DNA from: Lama guanicoe
Taxonomy: Eukaryota
DNA length: 64,000 bases
NCBI GenBank assembly: GCA_013239625.1
Contig: MU054212.1
Span: 2,294,001-2,358,000, forward strand
Direction: 5' to 3'
Shown: in pieces, positions 12,386-24,864 of the stretch
Layout of the letters: each line of letters starts with the position of its first letter
How positions within the stretch are numbered: position 1 is the first letter of the stretch
The notes under the pieces: model-generated
What the model was told of the DNA's origin: nothing
The model's database searches: none
The model's input: the letters and a program-made list of their open reading frames with translations, nothing else
Made by a program: the position numbers and the translations under genes

Positions 12386-12944
12386 GAGACCAAGTTACCA
12401 CAGCCAAGCATTACTCAGCAGAGATGGTCTTCCGTGTGGCACTCCACAAACCAAACCAAACCACAAGGTTTGTTTTATTCTCATTTTCCATTCCCCATAC
12501 TACATAGATATGCAAGATTTCATATTATACCACCTTATACCAATTTATATAAAAAATGTACATAATCATTCCACAGCTGTCAGAAGCTCCTGGAAAAGCC
12601 CAAGAGTTCAGTATGAAAGGTGCTATTAGGTTGGGAAAAACACCACGGCTGCCACAGATGGCTCATTTTCACAATAGACCTGAGGTTTATTAAAAAAAAA
12701 ATAGTTGTTTTGCCTGCAGCATAAACAAGGAATATTCTCCTTGAGCAAGTGGAACTGGCTTTGCAGAGATGAGGCTCCAATCTGTCTCACAAAATCCTGA
12801 CATTAAAAAGAAACACGTTTGGCTATACATACAAGTGCTCACATGACGAAGGTGCAAGTTTGATGTAGTTGCATCCAAAGCTTGAGTTTACGACATTGTT
12901 TTTTTATGGTGATGTCAATAGTGTTTTAAAAATTAATAGTAACA

Positions 12945-13465
12945 TTTTTATTGTAAAAGTAAAACATGCTCATTTTTGAAAATTTGGAACATAAAGAAAA
13001 ATCTACCTATAATTTCACCCTCCAATATACTACAATAACTCTTTGTCATATTTCCTTTCAATGTTTTACATATATATATAAATATATAGACATACACATA
13101 TAAATTAATATAGTATATATGTGTACATAAACACACACATACATTCCTTGAATATGTGTAAAATAGACATATATTGTATATGTTATAGACAGATATATTA
13201 TCTATATATCTATATTATAAATATATATTCTCTTTTTACATATTTAAGCAATAGAATACACTTATATGGGTGCACACTTTCAGAACTTTCTTTTATTACT
13301 TAATATTATAACAAGAACAACTTCCCACATCATTAATCATTAATTATATTCACTGTACATTTTTAATGACTCTGTACTATTCTGTTGTGTGTACAGAATA
13401 GTTTTAAAAATGTTTTAAAACATTTTTTAGGATTCTTAATAGGTATTGCCAAATACTTTACCCAA
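12945..13465 (-). mobile_element. LINE-1 3' end (L1ME-like) with an internal TA-rich low-complexity tract
   Basis: 'ttttattgtaaaagtaaaacatgctcatttttgaaaatttgg...ataggtattgccaaat' matches an antisense L1ME 3' UTR. TA-rich tract at about 13070-13230. Confidence 0.7.
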
Positions 13466-14894
13466 ATCAAACTTTGTTCACTGAGAATAAGAAATGTTCC
13501 TGGTTAGATATCAAGGCATACTGTACCAGGGCCAGCTTGGCACAAAGGATATAACTTCATAGTTCTCCATAACTTCATGAGGTGAGGTGCGTCTAGCCTA
13601 CTAGGCATAAACCAAAATAAAACTATTTTGCAGCTGACAATGAAGACTCTACAATGATCACCCAGATTTTAAATTGAGTGTTTTAATCACAATCTCCACC
13701 CCTCAAAAATGGCATTAATGTTTTACATTGCATTTTTAATTACTATCTTTCACTTGGAGATAAATCTCCACTAATTACTTCTTAATGTTATAATTTCCTT
13801 GAATCTCCTTACTGTCAAAACCTTTCACAAGAGCAAACAGCTTTATTAGAAGAAGGACTTGAGAAATTTCCTTGTTCACCCTAATGCACAGAGTCTTCTG
13901 GACCCACCAGAGGAATTGTTAATGTCTTTCAGGAGACGATACAGTCTCTCTCTCAGCTCTCATCCACCCGTCCTAACACCTCCTTTGAGATACAAAGCAA
14001 TCTGAAAATTAGGGAAAACATTCTATTGTGTGTGTGGTCTTTTTGTAAACGCTAGCAGTGTGTGTCATTTTGTCCCTTGATTTTGTGACTTAACATTCAT
14101 TTTTTGTGTAAATACACTATAAGGCAACTAGTGACCGATATCATCTTTATCAGGGACACTAAAGCAGTGGACAGACTGCCAGTCAGGGTCCCAGGTGGAT
14201 CTGCATGGAGTGTGGATTTGAACCCAGTGTCACCACATCTCTAACTCCAGCCCTTGCAGTCCAGCTACCCTCCCCCCTCCAGGATGATCTATGCCCTTAT
14301 GTGGAAAGTTTGATGGATAGAGACAGCTCAAGCACTAAACTGGAACCCAAAATCAATAAACGTATTAGGACTGGGTGCTCACAAATTGGTAGCCATTTAA
14401 TTCCCCTGCTATTAATTTTCTCCCAGACATAAGCTGGGGTGCAGTGTGTGAACCTGTTAAACCACAGCTGCAATTTGCCCTTGAAAAGTGCCTCAGTGGG
14501 CCAAGGAGGGACTTTTTCACGTAGTACTTCAAGCAAAAAAAAGTCTTCTCTCTTCAGTAGGTACTTATTTCAAAACTCAGGAAAAGGCTCTTATTTCTCT
14601 AGTTGGTAATTATTGGCTGAAAGGAAGACTTTATGTCATTCTATTTTTTAAAAAAACACTTTTTATTATAGATATTTTCTAACATTTACAAATATTGAAA
14701 TTATATAATAAACCTCTAAATGACTATCACTCATTTTAAATTTTTTTCCCCACTTATGCCTTTAGTTATAAGGATCCTGGCTGATTTTTCTGGAAACAAT
14801 GAGCCCCTCTTGGAAGTGGCAGCACAAAGAGTACAATGCTAAGAGCATTTGTAATGGGGTTGTACAGCCATCTAACTGATTTGCTAAAATCAAA

Positions 14895-15781
14895 CACTCT
14901 AGGCTCCTTATTGACTTCCGACATCCTATCCTTCAGCCAGTCCTGCTGGCTCTTCCTCCTATCTGCCCACTTCCCTCACCTCCACTGCTCCTCCTCCATT
15001 GTAAATCCTCATGGTCTGTCCTACTCTGATTCTGCAATATAGTGTCCTCCCTGCTTCTACTCTTGCTTCCTAGCTCCGCCATAATCCTTGCCCCACTAGG
15101 CAGTTCAAACAATCACATCATCCTCCTGCTTACAACCTTCCAGTGACTTCTACTCTTGTCACTATCCCTTCCACTAATGAACGTGGCCAGTATCATCTTT
15201 TACCAACATAAACAGACCAAATCATTTCATTCCTAGAAACCCTCCAATGGCTTCCTATTGCACTTAAAGTTCAGGCTCCTCGGCTTGCAGTCTCTATACG
15301 ACCTGGCCATATCTACCTCTCAGAAGTAAATTTCCTATCTATCTTCAATTTTCTCACTATGCTCCAGATACACTAGCTTTCTTTCAGCTCCTTGAACGAG
15401 TCAAGCCATGCTCCATCCACCTTAGGGCCTTTGCGCATGTTTTCCATTCCCCAATCCCTACCTGAGGTCTTCACTGTTAACTCCTTCCTGTCACCCAGGA
15501 ACGAACCCAAATATCACCTCCTTCAGAAGACTTTCCTTATCACCTGAACTAAACTAGCTTTTCAGCCCCAAGACCTTATTATCTATGAAATTATTTTACA
15601 TTATGTGCTTCCAACCCCTATAGTAACAACTCTACAAAAGAAAAAAAATTTATTTTTTTCACCACTGTATCTTGAATTTCTGGAATAGGGTACGTCATGG
15701 GAACTCTATAAAAATATATTGAAAGAAAGAAAATTTGTTGAAAGAATGGCTGGATGAAAATAAAAGAATGAGTGAATGAAT
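14895..15781 (+). mobile_element. L2 LINE 3' portion
   Basis: 'aaaccctccaatggcttcctattgcactt', 'ccttagggcctttgcgcatg', 'aaatatcacctccttcagaagactttcc' and a terminal 'gaatgagtgaatgaat'. Confidence 0.85.
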
Positions 15782-16189
15782 ACAACAAAAGAGAACTTTA
15801 GAATCTTATTGTAAGAATAGTATAGGTAAACTTTACTTTTCTGAATGAGAAAGGTAGACTGAATAACAAAGAAAGCAGATTTACAAAAACTCCTGGGGGC
15901 TTTGGTAGGTTGTTATGGACTGCTGAAAATGCAAGGGAGAACTGCCTCGTGCAGAGACAAAGCCAACAACCTAAGTTAGCAAAGACGAAAGGCTCACTTA
16001 CTCCCTAGATAACATCCTCTCCCTGCCTCCCTCTCTGCCTAAAACCCCTGCCATCAGTTTAGGGACTTTGGATGAAATAGTGCCTAGGGGTCCCTGGAGT
16101 CCAGAAGCCACGTCTAGTACCTCCTAGTAACTTCCCAAGCTCTTAGTGCAGCTCTATTTTCACATCACCTTCTCACTCCCTAACTCCTG

Positions 16190-16480
16190 ACAATATTACT
16201 TCTAATCCCCATCATTCTAACTAAATTGATCACTCCATAATTTCATCAGTATCCTAATTCTCAACTCCAATTCTCAGTCTTTATTCCATTTGGCCCAACC
16301 ATCATTCCCCATTGCTGACCACTTCCTTTCTTGTAGAAACTCTTTGTTCCTTTGACTTTCATGGCATTGAACTTCTGGTTCTCTTTCTGCTGCTACAGAC
16401 TCCTTGCTCCTATGTATTGAATCTGTGTCCTTGACGTTCTCCAAGGTTTACCTCTTAGCCCTCTGCTTTACTCTGTCCTA
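16190..16480 (+). mobile_element. L2 internal (RT-region) fragment
   Basis: 'ttgctgaccacttcctttcttgtagaaactctttgttcctttgactttcatggcattgaacttctggttctc' resembles L2 ORF2. Confidence 0.6.
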
Positions 16481-17270
16481 TAGTACACGCATGCTAAATT
16501 ATAGTGTGAAGTCATCTATTTAGATAGGATGATTAATAAATGTGACTGGTGGTAACACCCAGCACCCCAAAAAGAAAGATAGGGGGTACTGAGTAAGTGC
16601 TAGAGGTGCCTTCTGTGTACAGGAAGCGCGTGAAGAGGCGGGAATGTGCTTGCCCTGTTCGTTCTCAAGTGGAACGCATGCCCCCTGTCAATGGAGCAAC
16701 TGCTGTGATTTACAAGGCACTGGTTTTTGATGAAGAGCTCCCTGCCTCCAGAGCTCAGTAATAGGAGCACCTGTTCCAGAGCCCCAGAGGGTGCAACTGG
16801 AGCTCTGTGTGAGGGGATTGTTCGGGGGGGAGGGAGAGGGACATGCGAGAGATGAGAGAGAGCCGTGCAGCAGTTGTCAGCAGGCCAAGGAGCAGACCAG
16901 CTGAAGCCCCAATGCCAAGGAACATTCTGTCCAGGCTGTGTGGATGCTAAGATTACCAGAAAGAGAAAGAAACATTGGGTTGGAAGCTGAATCAAGATTC
17001 ACCAAGCTTGTACAAGGCATTTAGCTTTTAGTTGTTATAAAAATGAAAATAATTGTGAAAGCAGAGAGAAATCTGCAGCTGCTCGGGGCTATTCATACCA
17101 TAAGAGATCCCACCAGGCCCTCTTTATTGTTGCAGTTTTGGCAAATTATTTTCTTATCACACACAACCTCCTCACTTCTGTTCCTGGATAAGCACTTAGG
17201 CTCGTAAAGCTGTGGGTCAATCACAGTTGAGCATCCAGCCCACGGAACAGCCGGCCATGGGGAGCTTGGG

Positions 17271-17340
17271 GGCCCGCCCCTCCAAAAAGCAGCAACTGGA
17301 GTCTATAAAAAGCTGGCCTGACTGGTCCATTAGCAGCCCC
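17271..17340 (+). promoter_or_regulatory. Putative GC-box plus TATA core promoter (unverified)
   Basis: GGCCCGCCCC at 17271-17280, TATAAAA at 17304-17310, and a CA dinucleotide whose A lies 31 nt after the first T of the TATA box, within a GC-rich tract where I recognise no repeat. Motif evidence only. Confidence 0.3.
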
Positions 17341-19580
17341 GGGTCGGGGCTTGGGCCTGAATCACTCACCCCCTCAGCAGAGCCTCACCTGTGGGGATGG
17401 CTACATTGCAAGGGCCAGATCGGGGGCCACCTTCCTGGGTGCTGAGCCTCTACTGGTTTTCAGGGCAAGGGGCAGGTGCACGAGCTGGCACTCAGCTGCC
17501 AGGGGCTGGCCGGCCAGGGACAAAGGGGACTGGTGCCCACCACACTTGTGCACTGGACAAATGTGCTGGCATCTCCAACGTGGGCAGAGAGCATGCCGCT
17601 CCCATTATCCCAGCCCATTAGGGAAGCAATTGGAAAAAAAACATTTAGCAATTTGGACAGGAGTGAGGCTGCAGAATGGCTCGTTTCTCTGTGACAGCCT
17701 GCCACGTACAGATGAAAGGGAAGGCTTATAACAAATTTTCATTTCCCACAAATAAAAAAGCAACAGCAGGCAAAGCAAGGGCTTTGAGGCTGAGAGGTGG
17801 GGCCAGAAATCCACCCAGAAGACCACAAAGGAGCCTCAGCAAAACAAATCAATCACTCTCTCAGTCACTTCCACTTGCCGAGTGCGGCTCACGCAGATGA
17901 CAATCAGGCCTGTCAGCCTGTCAGGCTCTGGCCTTGAGCGCCTTGCCTCACACTATTCATTACATGCACCAAAATACAACCTGCTGGGCTCTCCTCTTGC
18001 CCAGCGCCCTTGCTCACCTGCCCTCAACAGCCTATGCTTGGCAGGAAAACCCACCCCCAACCTGGGACGCAGTGGCAGCAGGATTTGGTCAAAGGAAGCA
18101 ACCAGGAGTTTGCAAACAGCACTGGGGTCTTTGCATTTTGCTTTGCTTCCAGCTTTAGTTAACACGGGGGAGAAATCCAACCAAAGATTCAGGAGGGCAA
18201 AGGGCCTGGGGGCTCCCAGGTGCTCAGGTTCTCCCATGCTCCCCCGACCCCCAATTCAGATTCTGCGGAAAGAATTCCAGACACCCACTAGGCACAGACC
18301 CCAAATGAAACCCCTGCCTCTGAATATCCCACAAAGGACCACAGCCCACTCCTGCTCTAATGAGTCTGGCTGCCCGCAGAGCTGTATAATACATTGAGCC
18401 TTTGACCTTATTAGAAGACAACTACACAAATACTGCCTTTTCCCGGCCTGGGTGTCTGTCCACAGGTATCCTCAGCACGTTTACCGTGGCAGATAAAAAT
18501 GAAGTGTGGCAGGGGGTTGCAGGCAGGATGTTGAATAAGACCAGGGCTGGAATAGAGAGAACCTTTGCATTCCACGATTTCTTGAAAGCCCCGTCTTTCA
18601 TTATCAACAGCTTCACAAACACATGTTATTAAACATCTGGGTTTTCGTGACATCCAAGACTGCACAGGGAATGGAATAAATGGGATTCAGGGGGGTCTAA
18701 GGATGGTTCCCCTTTGGGACAGCTAATGTTGACAGCTAAAGGACAGAGTCTAGTCACAGCCTCAAGAACACTGAGGCAGGGCCCCACTATTTGTATGAGA
18801 TTAAACAAACTAGTTTGCAAAGAAATAGCATATATGTGAAAATGAATAAAAGATGTCTTAGTCTCCCCAATATGACATATGCTAACTGTCAAGGATCTGT
18901 GATGTTTATGGTGCATGCACACAGGTGACTGTTCAGAGTACAGAGGAAGCCTATCCCTTAACAGCCAAGTGGTCAGAAAGGACAGAAATAAAGATTTGAT
19001 AAGCATCTTCTGTGTGCCAAGTCCCTTAGATAAGTTGTCTTTTCAAATAGTAAACTGAGGCCCCCCCAAATTTTCCTAACATGCCAAAGGCCCTGCAGTC
19101 AAAGAAGGACACAGCCAAGGGGAAGAGTGCAGTTTGGGCAGGAGGGCTGGTGGGGGGCAACCACAGTGTCAAGGCACAGAGACAGAAAATCCAGTTCTGC
19201 AGCTGGGCACTTCCACTGTCCCAGGCACTGGTCCAGACACCAGAGGAAACAAGGATGCAGAAGACATGGGATTCTTCTTTAAGGAGCTTGAGACCAAGAA
19301 CTATCAGGGGCACCGCTATCATTAAACTCCAGGATGAATGGTAGAGAGTATCACAGAATGATGATTTAACTGGGATAAGGAAAAAATAGATTTGAGAGAC
19401 AGTGACAGGCTGGCTTGACTGTGGCACCAGCCAGAAAGTCCTTTCTCTACACCCAAGGATCCCAGCCAGTGTTAAGGGGACTGACTATTGGTCTTTTCAA
19501 TTTCCCCTAGTTTTCCCATTCCAATAGACTATAGTTAAGGGAGAAAGGAATGGGAGGTAGGATTAAAGTTAAGAATTCTT

Positions 19581-20160
19581 GAAGCCACCTAAATGTCCAT
19601 CGGAAAATGAAAATATAGAGTATTTACATACAATGGAATGTTATGCAGCCATAAAAAAAAGAGAGAGAGAGAAAGAAATCCTGCCATTTGCAAAACATGG
19701 ATGGATCTTGAGGGCCTTACGCTTCGTGAAATAGGTCAGACAGAGAAAAACAAATACCATATGACCCCACTTATATGTGAAATAAAAAAAAACATAAAAA
19801 TAAAAACAGAACTCACAGATACAGAGAACAGATTAGCAGTTGCCAGAGGTGAGGTTTGGGAGGTTGGGTGAAGATATTCAAACTGTGCAAACTTCTAGTT
19901 ACAAGATAAATAAGTCTTGGGATGTAACGTACAGCATGGTGACTACTGTTAGCAATACTGCATTGTATATTTGAAAGCTGCTAAGGGAATAAATCTCAAA
20001 GTTTCTCATCACACGGAGAAAAACTGTAGCTACATGTGGTGATGGATGTTAACTAGACTTATTGTGGTGATCATGTCACAATACATACAAATATTGAATC
20101 ATTATGCTGTACATCTGAAATTAATATAATTGTATGTCAATTAAAAATAAATAAAAGTGG
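19581..20160 (+). mobile_element. 5'-truncated LINE-1 (L1MA-type 3' end) with target-site duplication
   Basis: ORF 19638-19871 gives the ORF2 end 'NPAICKTWMDLEGLTLREIGQTEKNKYHMTPLICE'. The 3' UTR ends 'tgtcaattaaaaataaataaaa'. TSD aagaattctt (19571-19580) / aagacttctt (20172-20181). Confidence 0.95.
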
Positions 20161-20924
20161 AGGGGGAAAGAAAGACTTCTTTTCAGGCACATGCTGCATC
20201 TTCACTAGGAAATTCCTTCCTCTCCCTGTTCTTCCTGAAGTTTACACTCTCCTTGGACAGATGAGGAGAGTCGTAGGAAGTAAGTCAACCCAAGTGAAGA
20301 GCTAGGACTTTGTATTTTGCTTTATGGGGAGTTTCAGACCCAAAGACTCCCTTGTTACTTTCACCTCCAGCTGGTCTGCTTCGCTAGTGAGCACTGGTTT
20401 TGCTCCGGGGTTAGAGGGAGCAGGCCCGGCGCTGGCGATGCACTGGTGATGCACCCAGGGGCTGTACTCTGACATTTTGTACAAATCATCTACAGGCCTT
20501 GGATTTCAGAATAAACTATTAATTTGCTAAAGTATCAATGCTTTTATGACACCTCTTTCCATATTCTCAGAAATACAAAAGAAAAAAGATGAATGAAGCC
20601 AAGCTTACAGAACACCTTGAGTTTCAGAGCCCAAGAGCACTCTATGGCTAAAACTACACAGAGAATCAAAGACTCCATGCTCCAGTATTTGACATCTTGG
20701 AGAAGCTCATAAATAATTATAAGGTGCGGGTGGTAGCATTCTTCCTCAAAGTGCCCTAACATACACTGGCTCATTTACTCCTTTTCACAACCTGAGCTGG
20801 GTAGGGGGCCAGGGTTCTCCCCACTTCAGGTCCAAGGTGACATGAGTTGCCCATTGCCATAGAGTTGATAAATGGCAACATTTAACCCAGTTTTTTTTTT
20901 AATAAAACAGTTATTCTATTTTTT

Positions 20925-21075
20925 GAGTGTCAATATTCACCAAGAATTGTACACTGACTTTCTTTTCTCCTTACAGTTACCTACACATCCTTGATTACAG
21001 CTGAGAAATAGAGGCTCCGAGAGAAAACGTGACGTGCCCAGAGTCAGGCAGCTAACCACAGGGCCTAGGATATGG
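20925..21075 (-). mobile_element. MIR SINE fragment
   Basis: Antisense core 'ttacagctgagaaatagaggctccgagagaaaacgtgacgtgcccagagtcaggcagcta'. Confidence 0.55.
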
Positions 21076-21785
21076 CAGGGTATGCATGTGTTCTCTCCAG
21101 AGTAGAAGTCCCTAAAGAACCATCCTCCTCTGTTAAAGAAACATACAAACCCGGGGCTTCAGCTTCTATGTCCACGGCTCTTTCCACCAAAACCCACCAC
21201 ATCACAAATACTCTCCACGGTGTCCACCTGGAAATTTCTTTCTAAACTAAAAATGTTTGCAAGAGTGCTGATTCACTTTGCCATTGTGTAACTCTCCACT
21301 AAACAAAACTCCAGTATCAAAGAAGCAAGAAGGGACAGGAGTATCACTTGGGTTATTTGGACCAAAAAAAAAAAAAAAAGGAAATTTACATCAAGTAATT
21401 CCGGGGGGAAATTCCTGAACTTTTCAAGAAACCACTCCACCTTTCCATTATCCATTGCTAAGACCTTGTGCTTGAAAAGAGGCCCCATGGCCAGGACAGA
21501 GCTGTGTCGAAAGCTGAAGTCTTCGACGGCCAGGCAGGTGCCTGAATCCTGGGGGGAGAGGAGGAAAGGGATGCTCAGACCTAACACTTGCCTGTTCTCA
21601 ATGCAATAACGTGAAGCATTTTGCAGGGACATCTCTTGATAAGGACTGTACTGAGAACATCACCGTTCTGCCAGACTTAGACTAGGGAGTAGGTAGAAAA
21701 ATCTAACTGTATAAATGGATTTCCGGTCAGAAGTCAGAAGAGACTTTTTCTTTCAGGAGATAATAGTGATTTAAAATTTACAAAG

Positions 21786-21974
21786 CAGTGCTTCTCAAAG
21801 TGTGGTCTGCACATCATTTTGACAGGCATTGCTTGGGGTCCTAGTTAAAAATGCAGATCCCTTGGTCCCACAATAATCCCACTGAATCAGAATCTCCACG
21901 GTGGAGCCCCAGAACCTGCATTTTAACGTGCTCCCCAGGTGATCTGCCCATACGCTGAAGCCTGTGAACCGCCA
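21786..21974. mobile_element. MER5A (hAT-Charlie MITE)
   Basis: About 189 bp: 'cagtgcttctcaaagtgtggtc...aaaatgcagatcccttgg...actgaatcagaatctc...ctgcattttaacgtgctccccaggtgat...gaaccgcca'. Confidence 0.85.
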
Positions 21975-23638
21975 TTCTAAACAAAACAAACCACTCCCAT
22001 AGCCACCATTGCTCCCTTTAAACAAGGTCTCTGGCCAGCTAAAAGAATAAAATAAAATCTGTACTTTCCCCAGGACACAGACCTGCTCCCCAAGGACAGC
22101 AGCTGGCAGATATCCCTGCTGATGGGTACCGGCCGTGGCTGCAGCAGTTACTTCCAGGCAATGGACAGTTCTTCCAGCCCAAATGAAACTTAAGCTTAAA
22201 ATAACAATGATGGTTTTGGGCAACAGCAACGAGCCTTTAAATTTATCGTTCCCTCAAATCATATGGACTGCTTAATGCCATCAGATCCAATAGTGCCAAC
22301 CATAAGCAAGCCGGGCTTTGATTTAACCTGAGACACCACGTCTGAGAGAGTCAAACTAATATCAGAGATGGCTTCCCTTTTGCTTTTTTTCTGCACTTAC
22401 TCACTTCATCTCCAAGCCTAGGTGCTCTACTGCTGACCCCCATCCTTTCCTATTCACTTCTTTCAGATCCTTCTTCTTCACGTGCTTTTCCAAATCCACC
22501 CAGATAAGCATGCCAGGAGCTTAGAAAACATGTAGCCTTTCAGAGCCTAATGGGAGATGTCTGAAGCAACTAAGGAAAACAATAATTCATGTCTCCAAAT
22601 TCCAGAGGAAAAAGAAGTCACAGCAAAGTAAACAGATTTGTAAATAACATAAAGAATATATCAACATTTATCAGTTTGATTTAGAACAAAGCACGATTAA
22701 ATATTTATTTTAGACATCAGTGAATTCTGGCTTCTCCTTAGTTAGAGGCTGTGGTCAAGGACACCTGGGAGTCCCTTTTCCCTCAGCTCACCCCCTCCGC
22801 ATTCTGTCGGATCCACAAAAGGCCAGAAAACACACTTTCTCTGCATAGAAGGAAAACCTACCAGGGGGGCATTTCTTCTTTACAACCAAATGCAAAGCTG
22901 CCTGCTGTGTAAATAGACGGAACTAAGATTCTAAGTGACACCATTCTCAATGCAGGAGACATTAACCCTAAGTTTTCCCAGCAATGCACTGGAATTCTCA
23001 GCGGCGAAAAGAAGCCCACAAAACCCTGTGAAAAAGTAGAGCAAACTTGTTCTACCAGGGAGCTCAGGTTCTGTTCAACCACTGACCGGAGGCGGCGCGC
23101 AGCATCAGTAGGAAAGCAAGGAAAACGGTGCTGGGTTGAGAGGATTCAACTTGCCAAGAGAAACTCGCCCAAGATGCTTGTGGTTTTTCTCATTTAAATA
23201 CTATTTCTCGTCTACCATTAATAGCAAAAGACTCCCTTTTATTTCCAAGGTAACTGCTACATTTTGTTACTTGTTCATGTGGCTTGCACCAGCTTGATAT
23301 TTCTGACTCCCCGTTTTTCATACAAATGGAAGCCCTCATATCAGCCCTCCCTGTTTCTTCACCCGTCTCCTTCCTCTGTGGCCATTTACTCCCCTTGTGG
23401 CACTCAGAGTACTATAAATCACTTCAGTTACCCACAAAAGACCAAGCTGGAACCTGCTGTTTCTCAGTTTTTCGGACTTGTTTGCCCCCACTCCCCAATC
23501 TCCCACCGCCTTCTCTTGCAGTCTTTCTGCTGAAAAAAATCCTGCCAAACTGCAAAGTGACAAGTGAAATAATGGCTCTAAATCCTCGTGGTTAAAAGAG
23601 GAGCATGCTAGCAAAGCATGAGGAAGAGAGAGGATAGG

Positions 23639-23832
23639 TTAACAAGACTATACTTGTATTCCCAAAAGCTGCTAGGTGAGTAGATCTTAAATGTTCTTAC
23701 CATGACAACAACAACAAAGTGTCATTGTGGTGAGCATTTTGCCATATATATCTGTATCAAATCATCAAATTGTACACCCTAAACATGTGTAATGTTATAT
23801 GTCAATTGTATCTCATTAAAGCTGGGAAAAAA
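23639..23832 (+). mobile_element. Short L1MA-type 3' end
   Basis: 'gctgctaggtgagtagatcttaaatgttcttacc...tgtcaattgtatctcattaaagctgggaaaaaa', flanked by the imperfect direct repeat agagagaggatagg / agagggaggatgagg (probable TSD). Confidence 0.85.
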
Positions 23833-24864
23833 TAGAGGGAGGATGAGGGTATTTTATTTTCACCTCTATTTTTGCCCTCCAGTAAAGCTGCCCAAGGTGT
23901 GTTTACATAGTTTCTATTCTGACAGCCTGCTCACCCCACAGCCTGGGCAGAATCAGGTTCAATGTAAATAAATGATAATGGGTTCACTGAAGCATTATAT
24001 AAAGTGGTCCCCTAGTGGCAGGAAAGAGTGACTGACTTACAATCAGGGTGGGACCTCAACTCTGGCAAAACTGGGCTCCACAAACCAAAACCTTGATAAA
24101 GGATGTCAGCAAGACAGGGAGGTAGGAAAAGGAGGGTAATTATTGTTTTTTCGTGATGTATGAGTACTTCACTCTGTGGGTATTAACTCAGTCATTTCTA
24201 GTAGGCCAGAGGATGAAAAAGGCAGAGGATGAAAGAAGAGAGAGCCAAAGAAAAGAAAAAAGACATAGAGGAAGAGGCACGAAAAGAAGAAAGAGCAAGT
24301 GACATGTATAGTATTTTTTATTTGTCCTGACTGCATTTGAAATTTCTGAGTTGCAAAAATTGAATCCCCCATGTCTCAAAGCCCCTCCAGGTAGTTGAAA
24401 ACAGTCACCATCTGCCTCCCAGAGGAAGCTGATCCTTGGCTTTTATCAGCTACAGTAAACTCTATTTTAGAATGTATTTGTTACAAGTATCAGAATTCTC
24501 TCCCTGGAATTATATTTTCAGGATCCATGTATCTCTGTCTTTTGCAAGGGTACAGTAAAAGACCGATATTAAAAAAATAAACTTTTTGCATGCTTAAACT
24601 TTATTTTTTATTTCCTAAATTTGACTGCCTAGATCCACGTAAGATTGCTAAAAACTTGAAGCTCTTTGAGGGCAATAGTCTTAAGTAGTAGCAGCAGCAG
24701 TGGCAGCAGTAGGAGCCTTTCTCCAAGAACTTTATTAAAGTATTTGCTTGGTAATAGATATGACATCTTACAATATGATGAGCCGAAAAATAAAGTGTTG
24801 CTTGATAATAAAACATTAAGTAAATGTCCGTGCTTTTTTGTTTTCTCACATATGTTTAAACTAT

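Noticed and set aside
17882..18397. Longest ORF in the track (171 aa)
   Set aside because: Starts at GTG, has no recognisable domain, and overlaps similar-length ORFs in other frames and strands, as expected by chance in GC-rich DNA.
21406..21415. Perfect NF-kB site GGGAAATTCC
   Set aside because: A single 10-mer match to a degenerate consensus in 64 kb, without supporting clustered motifs.
21506..21527. GTCGAA...TTCGAC hairpin
   Set aside because: The 6-7 bp stem is within chance expectation.
21795..22229. 144-aa ORF with a hydrophobic, signal-peptide-like N-terminus
   Set aside because: Non-ATG start, and the C-terminal part is translated MER5A.
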